DNA of 64,000 nucleotides from Felis catus (lineage: Eukaryota). Location of the stretch: assembly GCF_018350175.1 (NCBI RefSeq), contig NC_058368.1:230146001-230210000 (forward strand), given 5' to 3'. Within the stretch, counting starts at the first letter, position 1. Each line of letters begins with the position of its first letter. Made by a program: the position numbers and the translations under genes. Shown here piece by piece: positions 13,800 through 27,112 of the stretch. Below the pieces are notes generated by a model that worked only from the letters and a program-made list of their open reading frames with translations, had not been told where the DNA came from and ran no database searches.

Positions 13800-14255
13800 T
13801 TTAGAAACAAATCAATAAAAGGAGAATTCAGGAAGGGACTGTTAAATAGAAGAACTTTAGAGATATAGCAAGCAAATTAAATATGTGGGGTTTTTTTTGG
13901 GGGGGGGGGTTCCTGATTTGAATAAAAGAACTGTAAAAAACAATCTTCAAGGTAAGAGAAATTTTCATGAATTTGGAAGATGAAATGAAGGATTTTTACT
14001 AATTGCCCTGGGAATATCTACTAATTAGGATAATGGCATATCCTTATCACGTAGGGTGCATTGAAATTTTCATGGATGAAATAGTAAGGCACCTTGGATT
14101 TATTTTAAAAGACTTCAGCCAAAAAACTGAGGGAGGGGGGAATAGATGAAACAAGGTGGCCAAAATGTTGACAGTGATCGAGAGCACCATGATGGATCTG
14201 TTGAAGCCTGGTAAACTTCTCTGTAAAAGCTTTTGAAAGTTTGAAACAAACCAGA
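13800..14255 (+). mobile_element. Old L1M (L1MC/ME-like) 3' fragment
   Basis: tcctgatttgaataaaagaactgtaaaaa...ggatttattttaaaa...gggaatagatgaaacaag resembles old L1M 3'UTRs. Confidence 0.55.
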
Positions 14256-15484
14256 AGCAAGTTGATAAACAGTAACCCTGCAGTGGCCTGGTCCCTCACG
14301 TGCTTTCTGCCAACACTGAGCCTTCAGGGCGACGGGCAATTTGATGGATAAGACAGGGAAAACGATTCTCTTCTGGAATGAGGACAAGAGCGGAGCTGTT
14401 ATTCTGGACAGATGGGTTCTGTTATTCTGGATGAAACCCACGGGCGAGTTTCAGAATGATCTGCCCTCCCTGTATGTATATCCCAAGGTTGGATTAGAAT
14501 TATTTCCTGGGGAGACATTTCATAGATTTCACTAGATCCTCAAAGGGATTCATGACCCACGAAATTTGAGATAGACTAGATTATAGGAGTTCTGAAGCCT
14601 GTGTCAGCTGTAAATTTTATAAACCCATCTAAGAACATGATATTTAATTGTGCTATTTTAAGAACTCCCTGGACATTGTAAAGGGCTCTAGGTTTCAGGA
14701 AGTCTGCATTTTAATATATTTAATTTTTTAGGATATGAGAATGTTTAAGAGCTATCAGATGCATTGAAAAAAAAATCACATCTGGGTCTTACACTGGTTC
14801 AGCCATTAACACAATGGCCGAGTGTATCAATGCAATTTTCTCTCTTTTAGATACCTTTCAATGTCATTCTGGAGTCTATGTAGTAAAACCTCACTGTTAA
14901 AAGATCTGCTTAAAAAAAAAAAACCTTAAGAATTGGGAAGCATTATAGTAACATAAAAATCCCTCAGCTATACACAAGGGAGCAATGTAATCGCTCTAAG
15001 TGCCAGCATCTCACTGGCTATAAAGAAAGAAACGTGCCAGTAAAGTCTGAGATCTCCCCAGGCTGGAAACTGAGATCATGCATGTGCTAGTTGCTCATGG
15101 CATTTCTTTTATGCCATTGCGGTTAATTGGTATTCTACCTTTTTTTTTAATAAAATAAATTTGCAGTAAAATAACAGGTTTATAATGAAGCATAGAGCGG
15201 TGCGGTCAGTAACAGGAGGCTGCTTTAATTCAGTTACAAAGTGGGGGCCCAACTAGCCATCATCCAGTATTGTCAGAGTTCAGACTATAGTTCATGCACC
15301 AGGTGGGCTTCTGGCCATGACACTGTTTGCCTGTTTCTTCTTGCTGTCGTCAAGCCTGGTGATGAGCCAGAGCAGAACGAACTTGTGCATGCCCGTGTGC
15401 CCATCTGTGTGTGTTTGCGAGGGCACATGTGCATGTTTGTTGGGGGGGGGGGGTGGGAGTAAAGAGAGCGATTTTTAGTATTAA

Positions 15485-15906
15485 AACTTTGTATTCAGTA
15501 GAACTGCAACAAAATTACATGCTAAACCACCTTAAAAATCAGTAGCCTGTAACACCAAGCATTTATTTGCATAGTCAAGACTTGTGCACATCTCTCATGA
15601 ATGAGGGTTTGTCTGTTCCTGGCTGGGTGGCCCTGATTCATGCAGTTTGCTGGCTGAGCTTCTCTTCAGGCTTCAGATGCGGCTCAGATCAGTTTGCTGG
15701 CCAGCGATTCTGGGCTGAGGAAGGGGCATGGGCCTCTCACGATGGGCAGCCAGAACCTCTGATGCTCACATCATATACATCCCCTTCCTACTGGCTGTAT
15801 CCAGTCACCTGGCCAGGTCCCAAGTCTGTAAAGCATAGAAGTCTACTCCACCACAGTGGGGAGGGAAGAAGTACAGATTAGCTGAAAGATAATCCAATGT
15901 ATCACA
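15485..15906 (-). mobile_element. Old MLT1 (J/K/L-like) LTR
   Basis: aaaccaccttaaaaatcagtagc...agcatttattt...agtcacctggccaggtcccaagtc...ataatccaatgtatcaca. Confidence 0.55.
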
Positions 15907-16189
15907 AAGCCATTTCCTTACAATATTACACAAGTGTGTTATAAATTCTCTTGCTCAATTTGTGGCTAATTTCTGGCTTAGAAACACTAGACTTATGGGT
16001 GAGTCATGCACAGAAATCAATGTCCAATCAGTGAAGCCCCTGGATCCAAATGTGGGTCACCTACCTTTTATTTCCTAAAATTTTTCTTCCCTTTCAGAAT
16101 ACTCGTTATCTCAACCCTGCTTTTTGTTTTTGTTTTTGTTTTGTTTTTTGTTTTGTTTTGTTTGCAAACTCTCCCCGTTACTCTTCCTT

Positions 16190-16575
16190 CACTCTTCACC
16201 TCCCAGTGGGTCTTTCAGTTCCCCAAAATGCATCACGATTTTGGTGCCTCAGGGCCTTTGCTTATACTATCCCCACCACTCTACCCATGATTCTTTGCCT
16301 CATGGAAGTCTATTCATCTTTCCTATATCATCTTAAGCATTACTGCCAAAGCCATCTTCACTGACCACCCAACCTCATATGCCCCCATTATGCTCAGAAT
16401 ACTCTACCCCTTCCTTTGAAGCCCGTGATAATTTCTGTTTACATAGTTCTTTTGTGATCACATCCACCTTCCCCATTAGACCTAAAGTGTCACTGATACA
16501 GAAGTGATATCTTTGTTCCCCATTGCATTCAAAGCACCCAGCCTGGAACTCAGAGAGTTGTTGAATGAATGCTTG
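16190..16575 (+). mobile_element. L2 3' end
   Basis: cctcagggcctttgcttatact...cttccccattagacc...cacccagcctgg...ttgttgaatgaatg terminus. Confidence 0.75.
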
Positions 16576-18987
16576 AGAACAGAGCCCTGGAGGGTGGGAG
16601 ATTCCTCTTGTCAAACGTACTGCGTTTCTAAGCTTGGAGACACGGAGACAGACCAGCATGAGTGTGAACCCCAGCTCCAGTGGTCACTTCGGCTCCCATC
16701 CTTCCCAATGTGACCTGAGTTCTTTGTGCGTGTGAGCATATGCCTCACTCTGACCCCAGGTTTGAAGAGTAGTGGGATTGTGGATGCAAAGCTCCTGGCC
16801 CGGTGCGAGAGGCAGTCAAATCCAGGAACCCAGGAGGGGGTGCTGTCTTTCTCTCTCCCTGAGTGTAGGGTCTGGACCACTATCCTTCCCAGGCACCAGC
16901 ATTGGGGAGCGCTTGTCCCACATCCTGCTTAGTGTTAGTCCTACAGTGAGTTCACGTAGCTGCCAGAGTAAAGCAATATTACGAGTGGAGTGTGGGGCTG
17001 GTGGTTGTATATAACACCGCTGCTATGGGAAAGTGAGTTTGGGCTTCAAAACAACTGGCTGAGTAAAGGGCTTTTGAAAAATAACACACAACCAGAGGCT
17101 TCTAGTCGTGGTGCATTCCCTCTTTTGACAATAATGAGGGAACTCTCTGTCCTCCCCAGTGACACAGTCCTCTCCCAGGTTTATCAAGTGGATGTGCAGT
17201 ATTTCATCTGAGTTCCTCACTCGGGGTCGGGAGGGGTGATCCCTGGAAAGACTGACTGCATTTTCTGATGGGACACAGCAGAACCAGCAACCCCTTCCCG
17301 GGGACAGCCCTGCTCCATGAACCACCTGCCCAAAGAACAGCTGCGATTGTATTGGCCCCAGGAAGAAATCTTACAATAGAACATTGACTTGAATCACTCC
17401 TATGCTAAAAACCAATGTGTTCTCAATGTGACCGTTCTGACCATGAACTCTTTGATGACAGAGGTGGAGGTTGGGGGTTGGGTTGAGGGGTGTACCTGAC
17501 AAAGAAATAAGACCACTGCCTCTGGCCTGGTTGTTCTGAGATCCATTCATTCGTTCCCCATAGTCCTGAGGTTAGCACACATACTTGCATGGTCCTTGCT
17601 ACTTTTTCATTCCTTACAGCAACAATAGATAAATCAATTTAAAAAGTAGCCTTGGCAGAATATCCATGATGCTTATATCCAGGTGTAAATGGGGTGTAAA
17701 TGGTGAGGCATTCTGGGGATTGTTTAAGGAGTCACTCTCATTTCAGGATAATCATGATAAAGCACGCTGGGGAAGTGAATGGATGAGGCAGAGCCATTGA
17801 GACAGGCTATGGGTGAGGCCAGGAGAGGAATTATCATAGCATCTTAGGACATGACTTAAGACACTACAGGCTTTGTGGTGCCCTTTGGGGGGAAGCTTCT
17901 TTGGGACCACTGGGCTGTGAGGACCATGAAATAGGGTGGGGAATGGGCTCTGTGTGTCCCCACCTCCTCAGTCCTCTGTAAGGGAGGCTGGAGTCAGAAG
18001 TTGGGTGAGTTCCCGTTGCAAACAGGACTTAAGTGTCAGTTTCCTTCTGCCCTTTGGAATTAGTCCGTGGCTCACATGGCCGGTCACGCTTCCTCTAAAC
18101 TACAGGTGCATTTTGGAAACCCTTCAATTTAAACCTTTGGCATGTGAACTGATTGATTTGAGTAAATAATTATTTTAAAGGGGTGGAAATACCGTAGATA
18201 TCAACGATGCTATTGAATATTCCTTAAGACAGCTTCCCAGTTTTTAAAGTGAAATGCTTGGCATTTAGTATACCACGATTAATATTTCAATTTGTTAAAA
18301 TATTTTGATAAATAAAAGATCATCATTTGACTCAAAAAAAGATTTCCAGTTTCAAGTCAGAGTCAGTTCAATGAAATTGTTAAAAAGGCATGGGGCCTAC
18401 TCTTATTATAATTATTGATCGGGCTGCGACTCCAGTTACCATAGTGGGTAGATTATTTTCTTAAGAGTAACTGATCCTTCAACCAGAAAGAAAATTAATT
18501 TTGGATAAGGAAAGAAATTGTAAAGAACTATAAGAAAAGCGGAGAAGAGGAACTTGGCCCCTCCTACATTTAGAGAGTGAAATTGGTAAAAAGATACTCA
18601 CAAATATGAGAAATAATCAATGCTGAAATGAGACTTGAGTCTAAATAGAGTGCTGAGAACAGAAAGTGTAAGACATCTTTTCTGTCCCTTTGTTCAATAC
18701 GATAAAAATTACTTTTTATTGCCTCTGTTGGTATCATAGTATTAATTGACTGTAGTAAAACATGGAAAAATCTCTATTTCTGAAATGGATCGTTTCTACT
18801 GTTATAATTGGAAAAATTATTTCTTACCCTTGAGTCTTCCTGAAACCTACCAAAGATAGTGGGAGCCATCCAAATAAGACATACTGACATAATGGAGTTA
18901 CTTGTGGTCTCAGTATGTTCAGTCTTTCATGAAGCGTTTCTTACGACTGCAAGCTCTCAGGAATGAGTGTGTGCTTCTTGGAAGAAC

Positions 18988-19005
18988 AACCAGAAGGGGG
19001 CAGCA
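18988..19005 (+). promoter_or_regulatory. Candidate CTCF motif
   Basis: CCAGAAGGGGGCAGC has one mismatch to CCASYAGRKGGCRSY. Confidence 0.35.
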
Positions 19006-19020
19006 CGTCTTTGAAAATTA

Positions 19021-19242
19021 TATTTATTTTATTTTTTTAATGTTTATTTTATTTTTGAGAGAGAGAGAGACTGAGAGTGAGCATGGGAGGTGCAGATACA
19101 GAGAGAAACACAGATCTGAAGCAGGCTGTAGGCTCTGAGCTGTCAGCACAGAGCCTAATGCGGGGCTTGAACCCACGAACAGTGAGATCATGACCTGAGC
19201 TAAAGTCAGACACTTAACCGACTGAGCCACCCAGGCGTCCCC
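19021..19242 (-). mobile_element. CAN-SINE
   Basis: T-rich tail, AG tract, ends ...ctgagccacccaggcgtcccc. Confidence 0.95.
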
Positions 19243-21459
19243 AAGAGTCATTTATATTTATTTCACGTCAGCATTTTTTTCACGTGCCCCTCATACATAG
19301 TTGATGTGTGCTGTAATATGCATTTATAGGTCAGAAAACTCCCTTTCTTTGCAAAGAAAAAGATGATGCGGTAACAGCTATTGATAAAATGGAGCTTCAA
19401 AAAATGTTTGTTTCCAATGAAGACTTGTCCTTCTCTTGAGTCACATGGTTCATTATTTGTGAATTATGTGGCAACACACCCATTCCTTCTTCAGTCAGAA
19501 AATCTTCATGGAGTCACCTAATCATTAGCAATAACTGTGTTAATTAACCAATGGAAGGTTTAGAATCTTCCTTATGAGGATATTATGAAAACTAATATAT
19601 TCTTAAGAACCACAGATAGGTCTTTTTTTTTTCTTGAGGAGATGGATGCTGAATTAACAATTCTTTAAATATTTTTCCTTCAGCACAAATTCTACCAGAC
19701 TTCTCCATAAAAATGTTTTTAATCATGTGATATTGGCACCCCTTCAATGTCAAGCTTAAAATTGTTTTTTTAAATAATTCAGACATTCATAATTCTAAAT
19801 TAACCCGGCTACAAATCTGTGTTTATCCTAGATTAACCTTTTTTCAGATCCTTCACCTTTCTCATATATTAAAGACTTCGAGAGAAAATTAGCAAAGTCA
19901 AATGCTAAATTTTTCTTAAAACAATAGTTTGCTTTTCTGTAATAACACATTATGTAAAACCTCATTGATTCACATAAAATAAAGTCTGAGGATTAGCATT
20001 CTGTTTATTGGACTTTATTCTTGCATGCTTATAGTTAACCTAAATTAAGCTAAGCAAGGAAACAGCCCCTGTCAAAGTCTTGCTTTGATATATAAATTAT
20101 AGATGGATGTAACTGACTTTTAGACAATTGGATTCTCGGTTCCATTAGAGCAGCAACATTATACTTTTCTGTGTTGTGCACAGATGTATAGAGTCAAGAT
20201 GCCATTCTTTAGAAGATCGCAATAAATTCTAACATCAGTGTGTCACTTTAGGAATTAAATGACAGAAATGTATAACTCCAAGGGGCTTTGAAGATCAGAA
20301 GTTTTCCCCTCTGTGTAAAGATTAGAGATTTTCACATATGTGTCCATCTCAAATTTCTAGTGAAATCTTTTTCAGAAGTCCAGTCTAAAACTCAGCCCAG
20401 GGAGGCGAAGTTCTAGTTCTTTGCTGGGTGGGGCGCCTGTTGTCTCTCCCCCTCCCTCTGCAGCCCGCTCACCCTGAGACTTGAAACCAGGGACCCCGCA
20501 GACCTCAGGCCCAACAGCGCTGACTTCACTATCCCTTTGTTTTCTGAATGCCAAGTGAGGATGCCGTCATCTAAGCACATGGTTCAAAGCCATGGAGGTC
20601 ATTAATTAAAACCCAGTAATTGTAAGAATAACTGTGTGAATAAAAGTATATATTTCATTTCATCTCATTGTACCATATTTTATGTTATTCTGTTACTTCT
20701 TTTCAACGACAAAGAAGGGTTGGTCAACGAGGGTCTAGATACAGCTATCTGAGAGTCAGTTCACAGAAAGTGTGCATAGAAGCAAACTTCCATATACGTT
20801 ATATACATTTTCGGGTATTTGCACATACTTCAAGTATGCGTAAAGCACGCTTGCACCATCGGATGAAACGTTCTTGCGCCGAAACAGCGGAAGTGCAGAA
20901 TGGACAGCGCTCTCCAAAGGGAAGAATACTAGTGTAGAAGCTAGTTTGAGGTAACTAGCCAAGCGGTACGCCCCGCTTCCATTTCACACATAGAGACACT
21001 CAACAGCTTACTTCATGATTCCTCACATTGCAAAGGTTATGATCATTTTTGACAGCTGTCCTTGTTCTTTTTGAAAATATTTTTGCTAAGCAAGTTCTCA
21101 TGCATGAAATAGCAGTGTTGTGGTGACAGCAGAATGTCTAGAGAGAACCAAATGTTCAATGGTAATTAGAAAGAGTGCATCACAAGTACTTGCTGAATTG
21201 CTGGATTCTGTCTAAAATGTTATTTAAAACACTGGGTATTTGCGTGGAAATCAGACTCGTCGCTTTAGCGTCTTCCCGTTTTGGCAACGGCAACTGCTCC
21301 AAGGGTCCCCCACTCTGTCAGGGAGCCAGAGCACTTGTAAAGAGGAGGGTGTTGATGTGAGGAAGGCTGGAGAGAGCCTTCCGTCTTTCCAGAGGACCCA
21401 TGGAGGAACAGCATCTGTTATTTCTAGAAGGATGTTCTGCATTTCTGCCTTGCTGGGAG

Positions 21460-21700
21460 GCAGTGCGGGGTGACGATTGTGGACTCTACGGTCATCTGCC
21501 TGGGTCGGAATCCCAGCCCTGCCCCTTCCTAGTTTGGTGAACCCGGAAGTTCTGTTCGACCTCTCTGTGTCTTAGCTTACTTTGAGGTTGGTCTTCACAA
21601 TGGTGCCCACGTCCTAGGGTGTTTGAGAGGATTGAGTGATATTGTATACGGAAAACACTTGGGAAAGTGCCTGATGCACGTGTGTGCTATTTAACTGCTT
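21460..21700 (+). mobile_element. MIR SINE
   Basis: ctgcctgggtcggaatcccagccctgcc...acctctctgtgtcttagctt...gaggattgagtga...aaaacacttgggaaagtgcctg. Confidence 0.75.
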
Positions 21701-22355
21701 GCACTCTTTATAATAAATGCTCTGCCGCATTGCAAATGTTCCAAATCCTGCCATTTACAAGAAAAGGGAGTCCTTGTGGGATCAGAGCAGGTGGGTCCTA
21801 GGTGGAAATCATCATCATAATTGCGTAGTTCTGTGGCATTGAAAAAGCTTCAGGCTTTTAAAACATTCACTTTTTCCACGTTTTCAAAAACCAAGAAATT
21901 AATAGTCATTCATCTCACATTGATTTCTTGATGGTTATGGTTTCCATCATAAGCAGTGACTCTTTTTTTATGTGTTCTTTTGCCAATTTTATTTGAAGGA
22001 GGGAATTTACTAGAGATTATTCAAGACTTGTGACCAACGGTGGTCATGTCTCCTGATACGTTTATTAACATTTAAGAATGTGAGGTTGCAGGTTATCTAA
22101 GGGATGAAAAATAAAACTTTAAGTTGTGTGTGTGTGTCCGTATGTATATATGTTCTATTTTGTTTGGTTCTTAAAGCTAACATTATTGTCAGGCCCAAGA
22201 ATTATAATATAAAATTCAAAATGAAAAGGCTTCAGCTATTTAAATGTTCTTCATTGAATTTGTCTGGCATTTTGTGGCTCTTTTCGATCTTTTGGTTAGT
22301 ATCTAGTTCATACTTTCCCCAAAATAAGTGTGTGATAAATGTGCATTTAATTTCA

Positions 22356-22583
22356 GGGGTGCCTGGGTGGCTCAGTCTGTTAAACGTCAAACTCTTGATT
22401 TTGGCTTAGGTCATGATCCCATGATTCGTGGGCTCGAGGCCCATATCTGGCTCTGCGCTGACAGCATGGAGCCTGCTTGTGATTTTTTCTTTCCCTCTCT
22501 CTCTGTCCCTCTCCCACTCTCTCCCTCTCCCTCTCCCCCACTCGTTCTCTCTCTCTCTCTTTCTCAATAAATAAACTTTTTCA
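22356..22583 (+). mobile_element. CAN-SINE
   Basis: ggggtgcctgggtggctcagtc head. Diverged TSD aaatgtgcatttaattt / aaatgcacatttaattt. Confidence 0.95.
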
Positions 22584-23831
22584 AAATGCACATTTAATTT
22601 TAAAAGCAAAGAAAGAAATGGAAGTAATGGATGCTAAATCTGTATCTTGTTTTAATGTTTCTGTTTTGTAAAGAGGATGAAAGTCAACATATTTCTCAAA
22701 ATGTATTACCATTTTTAATAGGTAAGGCACAGTTCTGCACCATTTCCCCCCTTCTTTGACTGTGAATATCTGGCCTCAAAAACGCATGCATCATTATTTT
22801 TTTCATATGGGAGTTTTGAAACTCTCATAGACTAGGTTTTTTTTAAAAAATGCTGTCGCAAGCTCTATGCAGCAAAAAGTCGAATATTAGCAGAATAAAG
22901 ATCGAAAGAGGGACTCTAACCAGAGCTATAGGCTTTGCTTTATATCTTGAGCTTCTCTGAACCACCACCAGCATGAATTCACATCAGGGATTTTATGCAC
23001 CTTCAGTGTGGGCTGGGGTTGATACGCGGCTGGCTGGGGAGCACTTTCTAGAAAATGAATATGAGCCATTACTAGAGCAGGTGGAGCCAGAAGGCATTGG
23101 GCAAAACACAATAAACCTAGTGCGGAATTTGCAGAGACTGTCTGGTGTGCATTCACGACGTTGTTGTTTCATACACAGCTGGACGTGCAGATGATAAAAA
23201 CGCTTTCCTAACAACAAATCCAGTATTGAAAAAACCATAAGTACAGTGAATAACAATTGAATGTACGTTAGGACACCTCAGTGAGCAAGCACAGAGAATA
23301 TGTTCACGCGGATGTACAAGTTGTGTGGGCAGCTGTGTGCCAATCTGCATTCTTACTCACCGACTTTGTTCTTCTTTGCATATTTGGTTACATTATCCGG
23401 AACGCATCTCCCAACTCGTTCTGTTTTCATTTCACCCAAAGAAGGAAAACTGTGTGTTGAAAAGCTCCTCTCTTCACATGTTTCTCCCTATTCCGTGATT
23501 TTCGGGGCACATTTATTGAATTTATAAAAGGCGGATGAGTCAACAGCATAAGAAAATCAAACGGATTGCCTAATCCAGCCATATTTTTATAGCCTATACA
23601 TTTTATCTAGAAAAGTGATGACAAAGAAATATCTCTCAAATTTAAAGTAAAAAGGTACAAGGAACACTGGAACAGGTACTTTATCCAAGAGGACATGAGG
23701 GTGACATAAAAGCACAGGGAAGAACATCCAACATCGTTAACCACTGGGCAGGGGACGCAATTGAAAACTGTAATGAGACACCATTCACACTCATCAGAAG
23801 AATGACTAAAATTTAATAACAAATTTTTAAA

Positions 23832-24035
23832 GCTTTTTTTGGTACTGTTTATTTTGAGGGAAAGAGAGCATGAGCTTGGGAGGGGCAGAGAGGGAGTGAG
23901 AAAGAGAATCCCAGACAGGCTCTGTGCTGTCAGCTCAGAGCCTGATGCGGGGCTCAATGTCAAGAACCATGAGATCATGACCTGAGTCGAAATCAAGAGT
24001 CAGACGCTTAACCGACTGAGCCACCCACGTGCCCC
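23832..24035 (-). mobile_element. CAN-SINE
   Basis: TSD taataacaaatttttaaa (23814-23831) / taataacgaattttcaaa (24036-24053). Confidence 0.95.
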
Positions 24036-24461
24036 TAATAACGAATTTTCAAAACACCTGGCAATACTAGGTTCTGGCAAGAATGCAGAAGATCCAGAAC
24101 TCTTAGACACTGCAGAAGGGTATATAAAATGCTACAGACTCTGGAAAATGGTTTAGCAGTTTCTTATAAGGTTAAACATATTTTCCATATCATCCATTAC
24201 CAAACTTCTGGGTGTTTACCCTAGAGAAATGAAAGTTTATGTTTATACCAGAACTGCATATGAGTATGCATACTAACTTTATTTGTGAAACTCATGAGCT
24301 GGGAACAATCCAAATGCCTTTAAGTGGGTAAATACTTAAACTTCAACTGTGATACAGCCAAGCCACAGAATGCTCTTCAGCAGTAAAGAAAGAACTCTTG
24401 ATACATGGAGCAACTTCAATGAATCCGAAGACATTTGGTGAGTTAGAAAAGCCAGCTGGAT

Positions 24462-24673
24462 GGGACACCTGTGTGGCTCAGTCGGCTAAGCGTCCTACTT
24501 CGGCTCAGGTCATGATCTCGCAGTGTGTGAGTTCAAGCCCCACATCGGGCTCTGTGCTGACAGCTCAGAGCCTGGAGCCTGCTTCCGATTCTGTGTCTCT
24601 CTCTCTCTCTGCCCTACCCCCACTCATGCTCCGCCTCTCTCAAAAATAAATAAGCATTAAGAAAAAAAAAAAC
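24462..24673 (+). mobile_element. CAN-SINE (feliform type)
   Basis: Diverged TSD agaaaagccagctgga / agaaaaaccaattgga. Confidence 0.95.
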
Positions 24674-24937
24674 AGAAAAACCAATTGGAAAAGTTTACAA
24701 ATATATGACTGTTTGCATGACACCCTCCAAAGACAAACTCATGAAGATGGAAAACAGATCAATGATTACCAGGGGTTGTGGGTAAAGGGCAAGTGTGGCT
24801 AAAGAGATTTCATGAGGTAGTTTTTTACGATGATAGAACTGTTCTGTATCCTGATCACATGAGTCTATGTATCTGTTCAAATTCACAAAACTATACAAGA
24901 AAAATATCCCAACTTTATTATATAGTAATTAAAAAAA

Positions 24938-25038
24938 AATTTTTTTTTAAGTAAACTCTACCCCTAACATAGGGCTCAAACTCACAATCTGGAGATCAAG
25001 AGTCACATATTCTACTGACTGAGCCAGCCAGGTGTCCC
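24938..25038 (-). mobile_element. Short older CAN-SINE
   Basis: aagtaaactctacccctaacatagggctcaaactcacaa...gagatcaagagtc...gactgagccagccaggtgtccc. Confidence 0.85.
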
Positions 25039-25086
25039 TTTCTTTTTTCCTTTTTTGCTTGCTTGCTTTCTTGCTTGCTTTCTTTT

Positions 25087-25154
<68 letters not shown>

Positions 25155-25156
25155 TC
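25039..25156 (+). repeat. (TTGC)n-(TTTC)n microsatellite, probably derived from a SINE A-tail
   Basis: Directly visible, between two minus-strand SINEs. Confidence 0.95.
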
Positions 25157-25243
25157 GACTAAGCTCTATACCCAACTCAGGGCTTGAACTGATGACCCCC
25201 CAAGATCATAAGTCGCATGGTCTGAGCCAACCAGGCACACCCT
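25157..25243 (-). mobile_element. Short older CAN-SINE
   Basis: aagctctatacccaactcagggcttgaactg...tctgagccaaccaggcacaccc. Confidence 0.8.
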
Positions 25244-26862
25244 TAAAGATACTTTTAAAAATCATGGCTAGCATATTTCTCTCTAAGCCGCTTAAGAAGC
25301 TGAAGTCACGTATGAAAAAGGTCAAATCATGTACAGTTTCACAAACTTTAAAATATTTAATGAATTTATATTTTTGGTTAACATCTGCATCTCACACAGT
25401 GCTCTCTAAGTGGCAGAGGTAAGGTGGTACCATATGGGATGATTGCACGTGGCTCATGGTTGAGCACTTTTCATTTTAACAGTTAAATATTTATTTCAAT
25501 AGGTAAAGAGGTAAATAACATGTCAGATCCATAATTTCATGGGTAGTGTTGCTTAAGAGTGGCTGAATGTAAAAATGGCAAAATAACTTAAAAGCCACTG
25601 TGTGTGTATGTGTCTGTGCACACGCATATATGTGTTTATTGAGAAATAGCCGAGAAAGTTGATTGAAATCTAAGAAATACTAAGCAAGTCATTTTTTTTG
25701 AGATAGCTAGCTTTTTAGACCATATGTAGTAGGAAAGAAAAAGTTATAAGGAAATGACGATATAGTCAGATTTTAAAGACTTAAAGCAAAATAGTACTTT
25801 GTTTCTGAAAAAAGAAGAAAATGTTATACGGAGAATTTCCATTGTTTAAAAATAATTGTTGGTGTCTGTGTCTCGGTGTTATCAAGGCAAATGCTAAAGT
25901 GCCAAACAGGCGAGAGAAACCTACAGGTATATTTCACAAAATAAAAACTAATTGTATAGGTAAGGAGGAATTCAAATACATGTTTTGTCTCGGTTTATCT
26001 ATTTTAAATTATTCCTGACATAACCATTTATATCCTCTATTCCGTGTTCAGTCATGGATGTTCCAATAAAGAAAATAAACTCTTATTAACATACAAGTGA
26101 ATAAAAACATTTAACCGGTTTCATATTTTCACTGAACCAAGAAAAGAATTAATTTTATGGAAACCTAAGTATAGACATGAAAATAATCGAGCAGTTTTAC
26201 ATATTATCCAGAGCTTCAGGTTATTAATATGTGTTTCAGCTTCTTCCAAATAACTTAGGAATATTATAAACTATATTTAGAATTACTAATAAGCAACACA
26301 TAGAAAAAAATAGCTAACAAATAGTTGATTGTTTATATTCAATTTTAAATCATTTGGTACATAGCTTTGGTAAGATTTTCGCAGATTAGAGATGAAAACA
26401 GGGAGTTTCACAAGGCAGTCATACTAGGAGACCATTTAGGTTGTTACTGGGGAAGAACTGATGACGGTTGCTGATGATGGTTGTTGAATTGTTCTTTTCT
26501 CCATCATTCTCTCCTGTATCCCCTGCCCATCCTCCTCCTTCTTCCTTCTTGCTTCCTTTCCTCCTCATTTTCTCTCCCTTCCACCATCCTTCCTGCCTTC
26601 CTGTCTTTGTTTCCTATACAAGGAATTTCTGGGTCAGAAAATATATGCACTTTTTTTCTTCACTGTTTACTGACATGTTGATTTCCTGAAAGGTTCTGCC
26701 AACTTAACCCAGTATTGTGTGAGACTGCCTGCCCTCCGCCAGGCAGGGGAATGCTGGATGGGATCAATCAAGGATACCTCGTTCTTATATAAACTTACCT
26801 TTCCCTGGTTGCTACTGACACTGAGCATGTTTCCTTCCATCTGCAAGAGATTTCTAATTCTT

Positions 26863-27112
26863 TTTTTTTTCTGAAGACTGTTCCAATTAAAAAAAAAACA
26901 TTTTTTTTTACATTTATTTATTTTTGAGAGACACAGTGAGACAGAGCACAAGGGGGGAAGGGCAGAAAGAGAAGGAGACACAGTATCTGGAGCAGGCTCC
27001 AGGCTCTGAGCTGTCAGCACAGAGCCCGATGCGGGGCTCGAACTCATGGACCGCGAGATCATGACCTGAGCCGGAGTCGGACGCTTAACCGACTGAGCCA
27101 CCCAGGCGCCCC
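26863..27112 (-). mobile_element. CAN-SINE (feliform type) with extra 3' sequence
   Basis: Near-consensus CpG-rich body. TSD tctaattctt at 26853-26862 and 27113-27122. Confidence 0.95.

Larger units (their letters stand above)
23590..24935 (+). mobile_element. Old L1M 3' fragment carrying two CAN-SINE insertions
   Basis: aatgagacaccattcacactc, tttagcagtttcttataaggttaaacata, tttaccctagagaaatgaaa, aacagatcaatgattaccagggg. Confidence 0.8.

Noticed and set aside
26667..27101. 144-aa ORF and similar ORFs containing SAQVMIS...VLTAQSLEPA
   Set aside because: This is the recurrent translation of CAN-SINE sequence, also seen at 19024, 24398, 53087 and 61213.
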